Of a DNA stretch of 64,000 bases, positions 1 to 9,978 are shown piece after piece (positions within the stretch are counted from its first letter, which is position 1; every line of letters begins with the position of its first letter). The stretch covers positions 2,624,001-2,688,000 of the forward strand of contig OY782041.1 of assembly GCA_963677595.1 (NCBI GenBank). Direction: 5' to 3'. The notes below the pieces were generated by a model that was not told where the DNA came from, searched no databases, and saw only the letters and a program-made list of their open reading frames with translations. Source of the DNA: Spirochaetia bacterium (GTDB lineage Bacteria > Spirochaetota > Spirochaetia > CAKZLE01). A program made the position numbers and the translations under genes.

Positions 1-1320
1 CCCATACTGGCCTTTGTACGTACGCAGTACCGATGCGGCATCAAGCGATGCAACAGCAACATTGGTAAGCAGCACAAAACATCCTGCCTGCTCTCTGAGC
101 ACCTGCAGCTTGTCCGACTTTTCGGTGATCTCCCAGTTCAACTCATACCGCAGATCTACAGGCGGCGGACCCTCCTTCGGGGGACGTCCACGACGCCGAA
201 CCGCCACTTCTTGGATCGTAACCGTTAACGAGTGCAGCGGGGAAGAGACCGCAGCGAGGTTGGCAGCAGCAACCTGCGCATCTTCGCTGCAGTAATACTG
301 TCGCTGAACTTTCTTCAATTTCCCGTTCAGCTCCTTCAACGATTGCTCAATCGCTTTGTCAATCTTCTTCTGCCTTCGCTTATCATGGGAACTCGAATGT
401 ATCACGACCCCGCGATAGGGCTTTTCATACAACGTTACCGTCGTCTCGCACCCCTTATAGATCGCAGGAGGCCGGTTCTTCCCTGTTGGTGTTTCAGCCA
501 TCATGCCTATGGGACTCCAGCGACCCGCTCCGATCGCTTCCCTTATTGCCTGGTCACATGCGCCGTAGGTTGCCGGAAGACGGCTGATGAATGGCATCGA
601 CCCTAAAGCCTCCAGATTCTCCTGCGTCACCATGGCCGAGTCTGCAACATAGATACAGGCCCCATCTCCCAACCCATGTCGGGAGAGCAGTGTACTGATC
701 CGTGTGAGCATCGCATTGTTAGACGTCTTGTCTGAGGAGTTCCCATTGAGGGTACTGCTGAAGATTGGGACCCCATGATCCACGCACAGTAACTCCGTCA
801 TGAACTGCTTGAGATCCGGTCGGTGATCCTTGGAGTGCCCCAGGACGATCGAAGGCCCCGGGGTCTTTTCCTGCTCACTCCCCCGGTATTCCCCCCAGAC
901 ACTCGTACTGGTAGTATCGTAACTGAGGGCATGCATATCCAGATCGAAGACCTGTGCTGCCCGAATCCCCAGTTCGGTCACAATCTTCGATGGGCCGGCA
1001 TCGAAGATCGCATCCAGGGACCGAGCTATGTTCGTGTCATTGAACAGATGCGGATCTACCTCCTGTCCCAGCAATAGGCTGCGGTTCTGCTGCTCGATGA
1101 ACTGCTCGATCCGATACAGCGGCGACCGTCCATGCAGGACATCGAGCACCATCGTCTGTACCACGAGCCCCGGAGATAGCTGCATACGGGTCTCCACCGC
1201 CGCATCCACGATGTCTCTCAACCCGAGCATGCGGCAGTAGGCCGCCGCAATGGGCAGGTAGGAATGGGTATAGATTCTGGTATGCTGAAACAGGGTTGAA
1301 AGGGGCGGAGTACTGGCCAT
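1..1320 (-). CDS. IS1634-family transposase (3' end runs off the window)
   Basis: Not in the ORF track because it is open at the edge. Manual translation from ATG 1320 (RBS GGAGG upstream) gives MASTPPLSTLFQHTRIYTHSYLPIAAAYCRMLGLRDIVDAAV...LSPG..PLYRIEQF..FNDTNIARSLDAIF..YDTTSTSVWGEY..GHSKDHRPDLKQ..NGNSSDK..YVADSAMVT..FISRLP..AGCFVLLTN..VLRTYKGQ. These are the DUF4277 N-terminus and DDE motifs typical of IS1634. Confidence 0.92.
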   Translation of the reverse strand, partial: MASTPPLSTLFQHTRIYTHSYLPIAAAYCRMLGLRDIVDAAVETRMQLSPGLVVQTMVLDVLHGRSPLYRIEQFIEQQNRSLLLGQEVDPHLFNDTNIARSLDAIFDAGPSKIVTELGIRAAQVFDLDMHALSYDTTSTSVWGEYRGSEQEKTPGPSIVLGHSKDHRPDLKQFMTELLCVDHGVPIFSSTLNGNSSDKTSNNAMLTRISTLLSRHGLGDGACIYVADSAMVTQENLEALGSMPFISRLPATYGACDQAIREAIGAGRWSPIGMMAETPTGKNRPPAIYKGCETTVTLYEKPYRGVVIHSSSHDKRRQKKIDKAIEQSLKELNGKLKKVQRQYYCSEDAQVAAANLAAVSSPLHSLTVTIQEVAVRRRGRPPKEGPPPVDLRYELNWEITEKSDKLQVLREQAGCFVLLTNVAVASLDAASVLRTYKGQYG

Positions 1321-1351
1321 CGGTATCCTCCTGTAGCGGTCGTGGAAACAG

Positions 1352-1410
1352 GACTTGACTGATCACTGAACCTACTGTATTATACAGTAGGACAAGAGAG
1401 GAGTCAAGTC
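1352..1410. promoter_or_regulatory. Symmetric bidirectional sigma70 promoter with central palindrome
   Basis: Plus strand: TTGACT(1355-60)-17 bp-TATTAT(1378-83). Minus strand: TTGACT(1407-02)-17 bp-TATAAT(1384-79). Palindrome CCTACTGTAT-T-ATACAGTAGG at 1371-1391; outer arms GACTTGACT/AGTCAAGTC. Confidence 0.8.
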
Positions 1411-1773
1411 ATGACCACCGAGACGGCACAGAAGCGCCTTCAGGTACTTCGCCGCAAACAGCAGGAACTCGCCAAGGAACTGAGCACGATCGAATTTATC
1501 TGGTCAGGATCCATCTCCAAACGGTTTCTTACCTGCGGGAACCCCTCGTGCAAGTGTCATACAGACACTGAGGCCAAGCATGGACCGTATTACTATTGGA
1601 CGACCAAAAAGGGCGGGAAGACCGTAGCCAGGAAGCTCACAGAGCAGCAGGCTGAGGTCCTCCAACCATGGATTGAGAACAGGAGAACCCTGGAGAAGAC
1701 GATGAATGCCATGAAGAAGCTCTCTCAGGATGCGTATGAAGCCATTTTGGTCCTCTTGGACGATGAAGGGTAG
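1411..1773 (+). CDS. DUF6788-like small Cys/His protein (IS passenger)
   Basis: GSISKRFLTCGNPSCKCH...HGPYYYW...GKT motif; RBS GAGGAG upstream. Confidence 0.8.
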   Translation: MTTETAQKRLQVLRRKQQELAKELSTIEFIWSGSISKRFLTCGNPSCKCHTDTEAKHGPYYYWTTKKGGKTVARKLTEQQAEVLQPWIENRRTLEKTMNAMKKLSQDAYEAILVLLDDEG

Positions 1774-1874
1774 CGCTTTTTAAACCGATTTTAGCCCGAA
1801 ATTAAATACCCGTTTTTTGCTGAGAAATAGTGAGGAATGTGGGTTTAGTGGGCGTTTCGTGAAACAAACAAGAA

Positions 1875-1920
1875 TTGACAGATGACCCGTTGCATATTAC
1901 AATGCGTTATCGATAACGCA
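1875..1920 (+). promoter_or_regulatory. Promoter and LacI-type operator for the sugar kinase
   Basis: TTGACA(1875-80)-17 bp-TACAAT(1898-1903); perfect palindrome TGCGTTATCGATAACGCA at 1903-1920 with a central CG. Confidence 0.7.
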
Positions 1921-1954
1921 AAAACCATATGTATGATGATAAAGGGGTATTACG

Positions 1955-3553
1955 ATGCAGGAAGGCACAGGGATCGCTCACATGATCACGGACGGGGAGG
2001 CAGTCCTCGGTATAGAACTCGGCTCAACGAGGATCAAGGCGGTCCTGATAGCCCCGGACTCCACGCCGATCGCTTCAGGTGGGTACGGTTGGGAGAACTC
2101 CCTGGAGGACGGTATCTGGACCTACAGCCTGGACCTCGTCTGGGAGGGGCTGCAAGCCTCGTTCCGGAAGCTGGTCGAGGATGTGAAGGGGCAGTACGGC
2201 GTCGAGCTCAAGAAGCTCAAGGCCTTCGGCATCAGCGGGATGATGCACGGGTTCATGGTTTTCGATGCCGACGGGAAGCTCCTCACCCCCTTCAGGACCT
2301 GGAGGAACAACATCACAGGGCAGGCCTCAGCCGAGCTTGCTGAGCTCTTCAGCTACCCGATCCCCCAGCGGTGGAGCATCGCCCACCTCTACCAGTCGAT
2401 CCTCGGTGACGAGGCGTACATCGGCCAGATCGATTACATGACGACCCTTGCAGGCTACATCCACTGGAAGTTGACCGGCAAACGCGTGATCGGCGTCGGC
2501 GAGGCATCTGGGATGTTCCCCATCGATATCGCGACGGGGAGCTTCAATACGACGATGATCGAGACCTTCGATGCCCAGGTAGCAGGGAAACAGTACGGCT
2601 GGAAGCTCGGGGAGATCCTCCCGGAGGTCCTCTCCGCAGGGGCAGCTGCCGGGACACTGACTGAAGCAGGTGCTGCCCTGCTCGATCCCACCGGGACCCT
2701 GGAAGCCGGCATCCCGATGTGTCCTCCAGAGGGAGACGCGGGAACGGGGATGGTGGCAACCAACAGTGTCGCCCAGCGGACCGGTAACGTCTCCGCAGGG
2801 ACTTCCGTCTTCGCCATGCTCGTCCTCGAGAAGGAGCTCTCGAAGGTCCACCACGAGATCGATCTCGTGACGACCCCGGACGGTTCCCTCGTTGCCATGG
2901 CCCATTCGAACAACTGCACCTCGGAATACGACCAGTGGGTATCACTGTTCGGCGAGGTGATCAAGGCGACCGGGGGAGAGATCTCCATCGGGAAGCTCTA
3001 TGACGACCTCCTCTACCTCGCCCTGACCGGTGATGCCGACTGCGGCGGGCTGCTTGCCTACGGGTATATCTCCGGAGAGCACATGACCGGCTTCAGCGAG
3101 GGGCGGCCGCTCTTCGCACGGGAGTCGAACAGCTCGTTCACCCTGGCGAACTTCATGCGGGCCCAGCTCTTCACCTCCTTATGTGCCCTGCGTACCGGCC
3201 TCGACATCCTCACCGAGGAGGAGAAGGTCTCGGTGGAGAAGATCACCGGCCACGGCGGGTTTTTCAAGACGGCAGCGGTAGGGCAGCGGATCATGGCAGC
3301 GGCCACCAACACCCCGATCTCCGTACTGGAGACGGCAGGTGAGGGCGGTGCCTGGGGGATAGCCCTCCTGGCAGCCTATATGGCTGACCCCCAGGGGAAG
3401 AGCCTCCCTGAATACCTCGAGGGTGTGTTCGGGACCGAGGCGGCAGCCCCGGTAGCACCGGTGGCGGCAGATGTCGAGGGGTTCAACCAGTTCTTCGCAC
3501 GTTATCACAAGGGCCTGCCCATCGAACAGGCCGCCGTGGACAACCTCGCTTAA
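1955..3553 (+). CDS. FGGY-family pentulose kinase (L-ribulokinase/xylulokinase-like)
   Basis: [56 protein letters not shown]. Confidence 0.9.
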   Translation: MQEGTGIAHMITDGEAVLGIELGSTRIKAVLIAPDSTPIASGGYGWENSLEDGIWTYSLDLVWEGLQASFRKLVEDVKGQYGVELKKLKAFGISGMMHGFMVFDADGKLLTPFRTWRNNITGQASAELAELFSYPIPQRWSIAHLYQSILGDEAYIGQIDYMTTLAGYIHWKLTGKRVIGVGEASGMFPIDIATGSFNTTMIETFDAQVAGKQYGWKLGEILPEVLSAGAAAGTLTEAGAALLDPTGTLEAGIPMCPPEGDAGTGMVATNSVAQRTGNVSAGTSVFAMLVLEKELSKVHHEIDLVTTPDGSLVAMAHSNNCTSEYDQWVSLFGEVIKATGGEISIGKLYDDLLYLALTGDADCGGLLAYGYISGEHMTGFSEGRPLFARESNSSFTLANFMRAQLFTSLCALRTGLDILTEEEKVSVEKITGHGGFFKTAAVGQRIMAAATNTPISVLETAGEGGAWGIALLAAYMADPQGKSLPEYLEGVFGTEAAAPVAPVAADVEGFNQFFARYHKGLPIEQAAVDNLA

Positions 3554-4437
3554 TCGAGGTCTGTAACACGCTCCCAGTCCGGGGCTGAGGGGATCTTCCC
3601 CTCAGCTTCCAGGAACCCTGCCAGTTCCTGCAGTTCTGCCAGATGCAGCTCAATCGGTTCGAAGGAGAACGTGTGGTGCGCAAGGCTCGAACGCAGGACT
3701 GACGGATCCAGAGCAGTCACTTCAGAGAGCCTCTGCAGTGATGCTTCATCAACGCCCCCAACCAGCTTCCCTGAAGACTCTCTCAGTGACTCGATGTATT
3801 TCGCGATCCTCTCCGGGGACTGGCTTACCGCAGTCCTTGATGCTGCGAGGACCAGTGGGAAGGAGCGTCCCTCAGACGAGAGCGGGTATGCCCTAACCCC
3901 GTCGATCCTCGACAATGCGATGCTCGGGGTGGGTTCGCTTGCCGCGAGCCCGTCGATCTCCCCTGAGGCCAGTGCTGCTGTCTGCAGGTCGGGGGAGAGG
4001 TCGATCAGCTTCGGTTCGTAGTCGAGCCAGGCAAGCAGGGCTGCATGTGTGCTGGTCCCGAACTTCACCCCGATCGTCTGGGGGCGGTCCGTGGCTGATA
4101 CCAGCTGGTGCCTCTCTGCCCCGGCTCCATGGACCCCGAGCAGGACGACCGTCTCAGGATAGCGGGAGGCCAGGGAGACGGCCACTGCATCCCCCATCGT
4201 GGCAAGGTCGGCATTCCCGCTGATCAGGGCCTCAGCGGTCAATGAACCCGAAGAGAGCCTGGTGAAGGAGAATGCAGGGTCCCCTGTAAGCTCCTCTGCG
4301 GACAGGATGGCAGCGGCATCGCCTACCCGGTCCTGGTAGGCGATCCTGAGCGGCCGGGACTCCTTCGAGCCCCCGGCAGAGAGTGCTGCAGCGGGTATGA
4401 TCATCAATGAGCAGAACAGTACCAGGAATCTCTTCAT
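3550..4437 (-). CDS. ABC transporter substrate-binding protein (SsuA/TauA/NitT type)
   Basis: Signal peptide [16 protein letters not shown]; [20 protein letters not shown]. Start moved to ATG 4437, overlapping the upstream stop. Confidence 0.8.
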   Translation of the reverse strand: MKRFLVLFCSLMIIPAAALSAGGSKESRPLRIAYQDRVGDAAAILSAEELTGDPAFSFTRLSSGSLTAEALISGNADLATMGDAVAVSLASRYPETVVLLGVHGAGAERHQLVSATDRPQTIGVKFGTSTHAALLAWLDYEPKLIDLSPDLQTAALASGEIDGLAASEPTPSIALSRIDGVRAYPLSSEGRSFPLVLAASRTAVSQSPERIAKYIESLRESSGKLVGGVDEASLQRLSEVTALDPSVLRSSLAHHTFSFEPIELHLAELQELAGFLEAEGKIPSAPDWERVTDLD

Positions 4438-5204
4438 GAGAGCCCTCCTTGAGGTTGTGTCTTCTTCGGGGGACAGCATAATCCCATCTTCCCCCGTATA
4501 TGCTGGACCATCGTCATGAACGGTATCGAGTCGAGAGCCGGCTTCTCACCGGAGAGGTCCCACTCCTTAATGATCCTCCCTGGCCTGACAGACATGAGGA
4601 TGACCCTCGTCCCGAGCAGCAGCGCCTCCTGGATCGAGTGGGTGATGAACAGGATGGTCTTCCGCTCCCGCTCCCAGATGCCGATGAGTTCGCGGTTGAG
4701 CCGCAGGCGGGTCTGCTCGTCGAGGCTTGAGAAGGGTTCATCCATGAGCAGCAGGTCAGAATCCATGACGAGGGCACGGGCTATCGCCGCCTTCTGCTGC
4801 ATCCCCCCGCTCAGTTCGTGGGGCATGGCGTGGTCGAAGCCCCGGAGCCCGACCGTCTCGAGAGCTGCAGTGATCCGCTGCTGTCCTGTCTCCCGGTCGA
4901 CCCCTTCAAGGGCGAGCCGGATGTTCTCCTCGACATTCAGCCAGGGCATGAGTGCAGGTCGCTGGAAGACGACGGCACGTTCCCTGCCGGGAGCCGTGAC
5001 CGGTTCTCCCTGAAAGAGCACCTCTCCATCATCCGGCTTGAGGAAGCCTGCTGCCATATTGAGCAGGGTCGTCTTCCCGCAGCCTGAAGGCCCGAGCAGG
5101 GTGATGAACTCTCCCGGTCTCACGGTGAGATCGAGTTTCTTCAACGCATGGACTGTTGTACTGGTCCCCTGGAAGTTGTGCTCTATGTTCCTGAATTCCA
5201 GCAT
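4434..5204 (-). CDS. ABC transporter ATP-binding protein (SsuB/TauB type)
   Basis: GPSGCGKTT, LSGGMQQK, LLMDEPF, ITH. True start MLEFRN at 5204; the extension in the ORF track overlaps the permease. Confidence 0.92.
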   Translation of the reverse strand: MLEFRNIEHNFQGTSTTVHALKKLDLTVRPGEFITLLGPSGCGKTTLLNMAAGFLKPDDGEVLFQGEPVTAPGRERAVVFQRPALMPWLNVEENIRLALEGVDRETGQQRITAALETVGLRGFDHAMPHELSGGMQQKAAIARALVMDSDLLLMDEPFSSLDEQTRLRLNRELIGIWERERKTILFITHSIQEALLLGTRVILMSVRPGRIIKEWDLSGEKPALDSIPFMTMVQHIRGKMGLCCPPKKTQPQGGLS

Positions 5205-5986
5205 CACAGCACCCCCTGCCGCCTGCGCACCCGGGCATCCCAGGGGGCGAAGATGAGCTTCTCGATCGCAAGGCCGATGAGGATGATGACGAGCAGGGCC
5301 CCGAAGGCTGTCTCGTAGTCGAGTGACCAGCGGGCACTGAAGAGGGAGTAGCCCAGGCCGAGGGAGCTGCCGACGACCATCTCTGCAGAGATCAGGACCC
5401 GGAACCCGTTCGCCGCCCCGGTCCGCAGCCCGCTCACCAGGGAGATCGCCGTGCCCGGTAGGATGATCTTCGAGAAGACCCGCCTCCGGGAGAGCTCCAT
5501 CGTCTCTGCGGCGAGCAGGAGGTGGGGATCGAGCTGGTGAATACCAGCCTGGGTGTTGATGATGATCGGTGAGAGGGCGGTCGCGGTGATCATGAAGATC
5601 GTCGATGTCGTGCCCAGCCCGAAGAGGATCAGGGTGATCGGGATCCAGGCAAGACCGGGGATCAGCTGCAGGCTGGTCACAGCAGGCGTCAGCAGGGAGG
5701 ATACCCCGGGCTTGAGCCCCATGACCAGCCCGACGGGTACCCCGATGAGGAGGGCGATCAGGAAGCCTGAGAGCCACCTGACCAGACTGATCCCGGCATG
5801 CAGGAAGATGGACTGCTGCATCGGGGCGGGGGTGAGCACGGCCAGGATCGCCTGCCAGGGGTAGGGGAAGGGTTTCCCGTAGATTTCCTGCTCGACTGCT
5901 GCGAGGAGGATCCAGACCGCGAGGAGCAGCCCGATTCCCAAGATGGTGTTACTGCCTTTCTGTTGGTTCGTTCCGTTGATACGCAT
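5204..5986 (-). CDS. ABC transporter permease (SsuC/TauC type)
   Basis: Hydrophobic; IPGLAWIP, EAA-like loop LLAAETM, LISAEM. Confidence 0.9.
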   Translation of the reverse strand: MRINGTNQQKGSNTILGIGLLLAVWILLAAVEQEIYGKPFPYPWQAILAVLTPAPMQQSIFLHAGISLVRWLSGFLIALLIGVPVGLVMGLKPGVSSLLTPAVTSLQLIPGLAWIPITLILFGLGTTSTIFMITATALSPIIINTQAGIHQLDPHLLLAAETMELSRRRVFSKIILPGTAISLVSGLRTGAANGFRVLISAEMVVGSSLGLGYSLFSARWSLDYETAFGALLVIILIGLAIEKLIFAPWDARVRRRQGVL

Positions 5987-6211
5987 CCTCCCACTATACA
6001 GGGTTCTCTCTGCATGTCAAACACTGATTCCGGCATATGACGGAATTGGATAAGATACTGAAAGAAACAGTAATATCGTCCAACAGGTTCTGGTGGGGCA
6101 TGTCCCGGCCCGATTGCAGGATCGGGCTAATATTAGCAGGATTGAATCATTGAACATTCGGTTCAGGGACCTCACAATATACGTATACATAGTATGTATA
6201 AGGAGGAATCA

Positions 6212-7510
6212 ATGAAAAAGTTGGTATGTGCCTTGGCAGTACTCGTACTGTTTGCAGCTGTTCCCCTCTTCGCAGGAGGCGGTCAGGAGGCGGAAGAGGG
6301 TCCGATCACCCTGACGTTCTGGACCCATGAGGATCCCAACAGGACAGAGATAGAGGACCGCTATATCAAGGAGTTCGAGGCGACCCACCCGAACATCAGG
6401 ATCGAGCGAGTCACACAGTCATCGACCAAGATCCAGGAGCTTGTCCTTACCGCATTCGCGGCTAACCAGGGTCCTGACATCTTCAATATGTCGATCGAGG
6501 ACGAGTATGCCTACATCGCGAACGGTCGAGTCGCCCCGGTCGACCCGATCGCTGCCGGCTACGGCAGCATGAACTCACTGGTGGGCTCCTACCTCGAGGG
6601 CTCCCTTGACCCGGTGACCCTGGACGGCAAGGTCTACGGGCTGCCACTCGAACTGACGAACTGGTCGCTCTTCATCAACAAGAACGTCTTCAGGGATGCC
6701 GGTCTTGACCCGGAGAAGGACTACCCGAAGACCTGGGAGGAGATGGTCGAAGTATCAGAGAAGCTCGTCATCCGAGACGGTGATATCATCACCAGGAGAG
6801 GGTTCGACTTCCGCTATCCCTACTACCTCGTGTCCATGGTGCCGATGGTCGAGCAGCTCGGCGGGCAGCTGATCAGCGATGACGGCAAGAAGGCCATCGT
6901 TGGTGATGCTGCATGGTTGAAGTTCCTCGAGTACATGCAGATGTGGGGACCGAACGGGAACAATCTCGGTTCTCCCACCTACAAGAATGCCAGGAAGCTC
7001 TTCAACATGAACAACAACGATATCGCGATGGCGATGACCGGTCTCTACCAGGAAGGCAGGATCAGGGCAGATAACCAGGAATTCTACGACAGCGGTGAGT
7101 GGATGGTCGTCCCGTATCCCGTCTTCGAGGATGCCGTCAATGACACAGCAGGCTGCTACTACGGCCACTACTACATGGTCAACTCCCAGAAGAGCGCAGC
7201 CAACCAGCAGGCTGCCTGGGAATTCATCGGCTACATGCTCAGTCACGGGGAGGAGTACCTGAAGAAGGTCAACATCATCCAGCCGACGAAAGAACTGCTT
7301 GCATCGGATACCTACAAGAACATGCCGTTCTCCGATGTCTTCAGTGCAGACATGGAACGCGGCCATATCGTCTACTTCGGTGCCGAGAGTGCCAAGCTCC
7401 AGGAACTCATCAAGGGTGCCGTGGAGTCAGTCATGCTCTCCGGCGTCGCACCTGAGAAAGCCCTGGAGACACTCCGGGCAGAGGCTCAGGAACTGCTTGA
7501 CGACATGTAG
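6212..7510 (+). CDS. Sugar ABC transporter solute-binding protein
   Basis: RBS AGGAGG; leader MKKLV..LFAGGGQE; GPDIF, DGKVYGLP, PKTWEE. Confidence 0.9.
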   Translation: MKKLVCALAVLVLFAAVPLFAGGGQEAEEGPITLTFWTHEDPNRTEIEDRYIKEFEATHPNIRIERVTQSSTKIQELVLTAFAANQGPDIFNMSIEDEYAYIANGRVAPVDPIAAGYGSMNSLVGSYLEGSLDPVTLDGKVYGLPLELTNWSLFINKNVFRDAGLDPEKDYPKTWEEMVEVSEKLVIRDGDIITRRGFDFRYPYYLVSMVPMVEQLGGQLISDDGKKAIVGDAAWLKFLEYMQMWGPNGNNLGSPTYKNARKLFNMNNNDIAMAMTGLYQEGRIRADNQEFYDSGEWMVVPYPVFEDAVNDTAGCYYGHYYMVNSQKSAANQQAAWEFIGYMLSHGEEYLKKVNIIQPTKELLASDTYKNMPFSDVFSADMERGHIVYFGAESAKLQELIKGAVESVMLSGVAPEKALETLRAEAQELLDDM

Positions 7511-7540
7511 TCATCTCGCTTGAGTCAGATCAGATGCCTG

Positions 7541-7568
7541 TACCTGCATGCCCCGGGGCATACAGGTA
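7541..7568 (+). other. Intercistronic stem-loop after the SBP gene
   Basis: TACCTGCATGCCC-CG-GGGCATACAGGTA with no adjacent U-tract, as often seen after SBP genes. Confidence 0.55.
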
Positions 7569-7607
7569 TGGGCTTTTTATCCTACGTACGACACGCAAAG
7601 GGAAATC

Positions 7608-8519
7608 ATGAAGCGGAAAACCAAGACACGAAGCATAGAGAAGCAGCTCTCCCACTGGGGAATCACGTTCGTCATCCCCTCGATCGTCTTCTTCTCCCTC
7701 TTTAATTTCTACCCGATCATCAATGCGCTGTATACCAGCCTCTTCAAGAAGAATGTCCTCTCGCTTGCCAAGCCGGAGTTCGTGGGGCTGAAGAACTATA
7801 TCTACCTCTTCACCTCCGGGAACTTCTGGAACTCCATACGGGCTACGGCAGTCTTCACAGTGGGCACGTTCATCCCGCTGCTGGTCGCGAGCCTCATCTT
7901 CGCCGTCTTCATCATGTCGGTGAAGAAGGGGAACAAGTTCTACCAGATGGCCTTCTATTCCCCGGCAGTACTCTCATCCGTCGTCTCCGCGGCCATCTGG
8001 CTGCTGATCTTCGACCCTCGGGGGCTGGCGAACCAGTGGGTGAACGCACTGCTCGGCCTGCAGGGGGTCAACCATAACTGGCTGGCTGATGCGTTCATGG
8101 TGCAGCTCTCGACGATGATCGTCTATTTCTGGAAATACATCGGGTATTTCATCATCATCTTCATCGCAGGGCTCGCCTCGATCCCGAAGAGCCTCTACGA
8201 GGCTGCCAGGATCGACGGCTCATCACCCTGGCAGGAGTTCTGGAGGATCACCCTCCCGCTGCTCAAGCCGACGGTCGTGCTGGTCTCCATCATGTCGATG
8301 CTCCAGTGCCTGAAGACCTTCGGGACCCAATACCTGTTCACCCAGTCGGGGGCCCCGCAGGACCCGATCAACGTCATCACGATGAATATCTACAACACGG
8401 GGATCCGGGACCACCGGATCGGGAGGGCGAGTGCCATGAGCATCATCCTCTTCGTCATCATGCTCATCTTCACCTGGGTCCAGTTCAAGACCTCCAGGGC
8501 AGATGAAGTCGAGTACTAG
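7608..8519 (+). CDS. Sugar ABC permease (MalF-like)
   Basis: FVGLKNY; LYEAARIDGSSPWQEFWRITLPLLKP. Confidence 0.92.
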   Translation: MKRKTKTRSIEKQLSHWGITFVIPSIVFFSLFNFYPIINALYTSLFKKNVLSLAKPEFVGLKNYIYLFTSGNFWNSIRATAVFTVGTFIPLLVASLIFAVFIMSVKKGNKFYQMAFYSPAVLSSVVSAAIWLLIFDPRGLANQWVNALLGLQGVNHNWLADAFMVQLSTMIVYFWKYIGYFIIIFIAGLASIPKSLYEAARIDGSSPWQEFWRITLPLLKPTVVLVSIMSMLQCLKTFGTQYLFTQSGAPQDPINVITMNIYNTGIRDHRIGRASAMSIILFVIMLIFTWVQFKTSRADEVEY

Positions 8520-8530
8520 GGGGTGAAGCT

Positions 8531-9394
8531 GTGAGACGTACCAAAACCCATGCACTGCATCCTATCACCTGGCAGAAGCTCCTGATCTGGGCCTTCCTCG
8601 TGATCATGACCATCTTCACCCTGACCCCCATCCTCTATATGTTCACTGCGTCGGCTATGCCGGCACGGGACATCATGAAGATGCCCTACCGGTGGGTACC
8701 CCGGGGGTTCGAGTATGAGAACTTCGCCAAGGCCATAGCCGGCAATGACGGGTCCTTCATCTTCCTGCGGAACATCCTCAACTCCCTCGTCGTAGCTCTG
8801 ACCTGTGCCGTGACGACTGTCCTGCTCTCGGCGATCACGGGATACGGACTGGCCAAGTTCAGGTTCAAGGGCAGGAACCTGCTCTTCATGCTGATCATGG
8901 CGACCATGATGATCCCCTTCGAGGCGATCATGATCCCCCTCTATATGGTGGTCACCAAGCTCGGGATCCAGAACTCCTATACGGGGCTGATCCTCCCGTT
9001 CCTCGTAAACGCCTTCGGGATCTTCATGATGAGGCAGTACCTGATCACCTTCCCCTCGGAGTTCCTCGATGCCGCACGGGTCGACGGGATGTCAGAACCG
9101 GGGATCTTCGCGAAGATCGTCTTTCCGAACTGCAAGCCCGCGATCGCCACGCTCGCGATCCTTGCCTTCAGGGCCCAGTGGGACAACCTGCTCTGGCCGC
9201 TTTTAGTGGCACAGAGCGAGAAGATGAAGACGGTCCCCCTCTATATCGTGAAGTTCACCACGGAGATGAATACCGATGAGGGAGCTATGATGGCTGTCGC
9301 CGCCATTGCGAGTATTCCCATGTTCGTGCTATTCTTCAGCCTGTCAAGCTACTTCATCAGCGGGACAGCAGTATACTCATCAAGAAAGGGTTAA
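8531..9394 (+). CDS. Sugar ABC permease (MalG-like)
   Basis: ATMMIPFE; DAARVDG; QWDNLLWPL. Confidence 0.92.
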   Translation: MRRTKTHALHPITWQKLLIWAFLVIMTIFTLTPILYMFTASAMPARDIMKMPYRWVPRGFEYENFAKAIAGNDGSFIFLRNILNSLVVALTCAVTTVLLSAITGYGLAKFRFKGRNLLFMLIMATMMIPFEAIMIPLYMVVTKLGIQNSYTGLILPFLVNAFGIFMMRQYLITFPSEFLDAARVDGMSEPGIFAKIVFPNCKPAIATLAILAFRAQWDNLLWPLLVAQSEKMKTVPLYIVKFTTEMNTDEGAMMAVAAIASIPMFVLFFSLSSYFISGTAVYSSRKG

Positions 9395-9396
9395 CC

Positions 9397-9978
9397 ATGG
9401 CAAGACGACTCTGTATCTTCGATCTCGGGAACGTCGTACTCGACGAAGTGGATGTCACACCTGAGATCCTGAAGCGGATACCCGGTGCCTCGTCCCAGTT
9501 CCTCTCCCGCTATGGGCAGCATATGGAGGAACTGATGACCGGGGCCATGGGGCCAGACACGTTCTGGTCTCTCGTCAGCAAAGATTCCCAGGTCCCTATC
9601 GAATCGGACCTGCTCGCGGACTGCTTCAACCCGGTCCCGAACCGGGCAGTGATCGAGATCATCGATGAACTGCGTGAGACAGGCGTCCGCGTCGTCTGCG
9701 GGACCAACACCTATGAGAGCCATTATGAGCTGCTGCGGGAGAGTGAGCCGTTATCGCATTTCGATGAGAAGTACGCATCACACATCATGGCCTGTGCCAA
9801 GCCGGATCCTGCGTTCTATCTACAGATCATCGATGCTGAGGGGTTCTCACCGTCGGAGGCCTTCTTCACTGACGACCTGGAAGAGAATGTCGTGGCTGCC
9901 GCACGGTTGGGGATCTGTTCCCACAGGTTCACCGATGCCGTGAGTCTCAAAGAGAGCCTGAGGCGATTCCTCAGCTGA
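9397..9978 (+). CDS. HAD-family phosphatase (YihX-like)
   Basis: FDLGNV motif I, TNT, KPDP, FTDDLEENV. Confidence 0.88.
   Translation: MARRLCIFDLGNVVLDEVDVTPEILKRIPGASSQFLSRYGQHMEELMTGAMGPDTFWSLVSKDSQVPIESDLLADCFNPVPNRAVIEIIDELRETGVRVVCGTNTYESHYELLRESEPLSHFDEKYASHIMACAKPDPAFYLQIIDAEGFSPSEAFFTDDLEENVVAAARLGICSHRFTDAVSLKESLRRFLS

Larger units (their letters stand above)
1..1843 (-). mobile_element. IS1634-family insertion sequence with a divergent passenger ORF (partial)
   Basis: Transposase plus divergent small ORF. GGAATGTGGG at 1834-1843 (CCCACATTCC on the minus strand) resembles IS1634 termini. The other end lies outside the window, so the terminal repeat and target duplication cannot be confirmed. 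Confidence 0.65.

Noticed and set aside
14-1366. Short ORFs in the track (14-295, 232-606, 823-1077, 1028-1240, 1037-1366)
   Set aside because: They are shadows or alternative frames of the minus-strand IS1634 transposase, which the track missed because it is open at the window edge.
1371-1391. Palindrome as a LexA SOS box
   Set aside because: The spacing is CTGT-N5-ACAG, not the CTGT-N8-ACAG of the E. coli-type box.
5205-5777. N-terminal extension of the 447-aa ABC ATPase ORF
   Set aside because: It overlaps the permease in another frame; the real start is ATG 5204.
3550-5986. ABC importer as the tungstate transporter for the AOR
   Set aside because: Its motifs are SsuABC/TauABC-like, not TupABC/WtpABC/ModABC, and it lies about 16 kb away.
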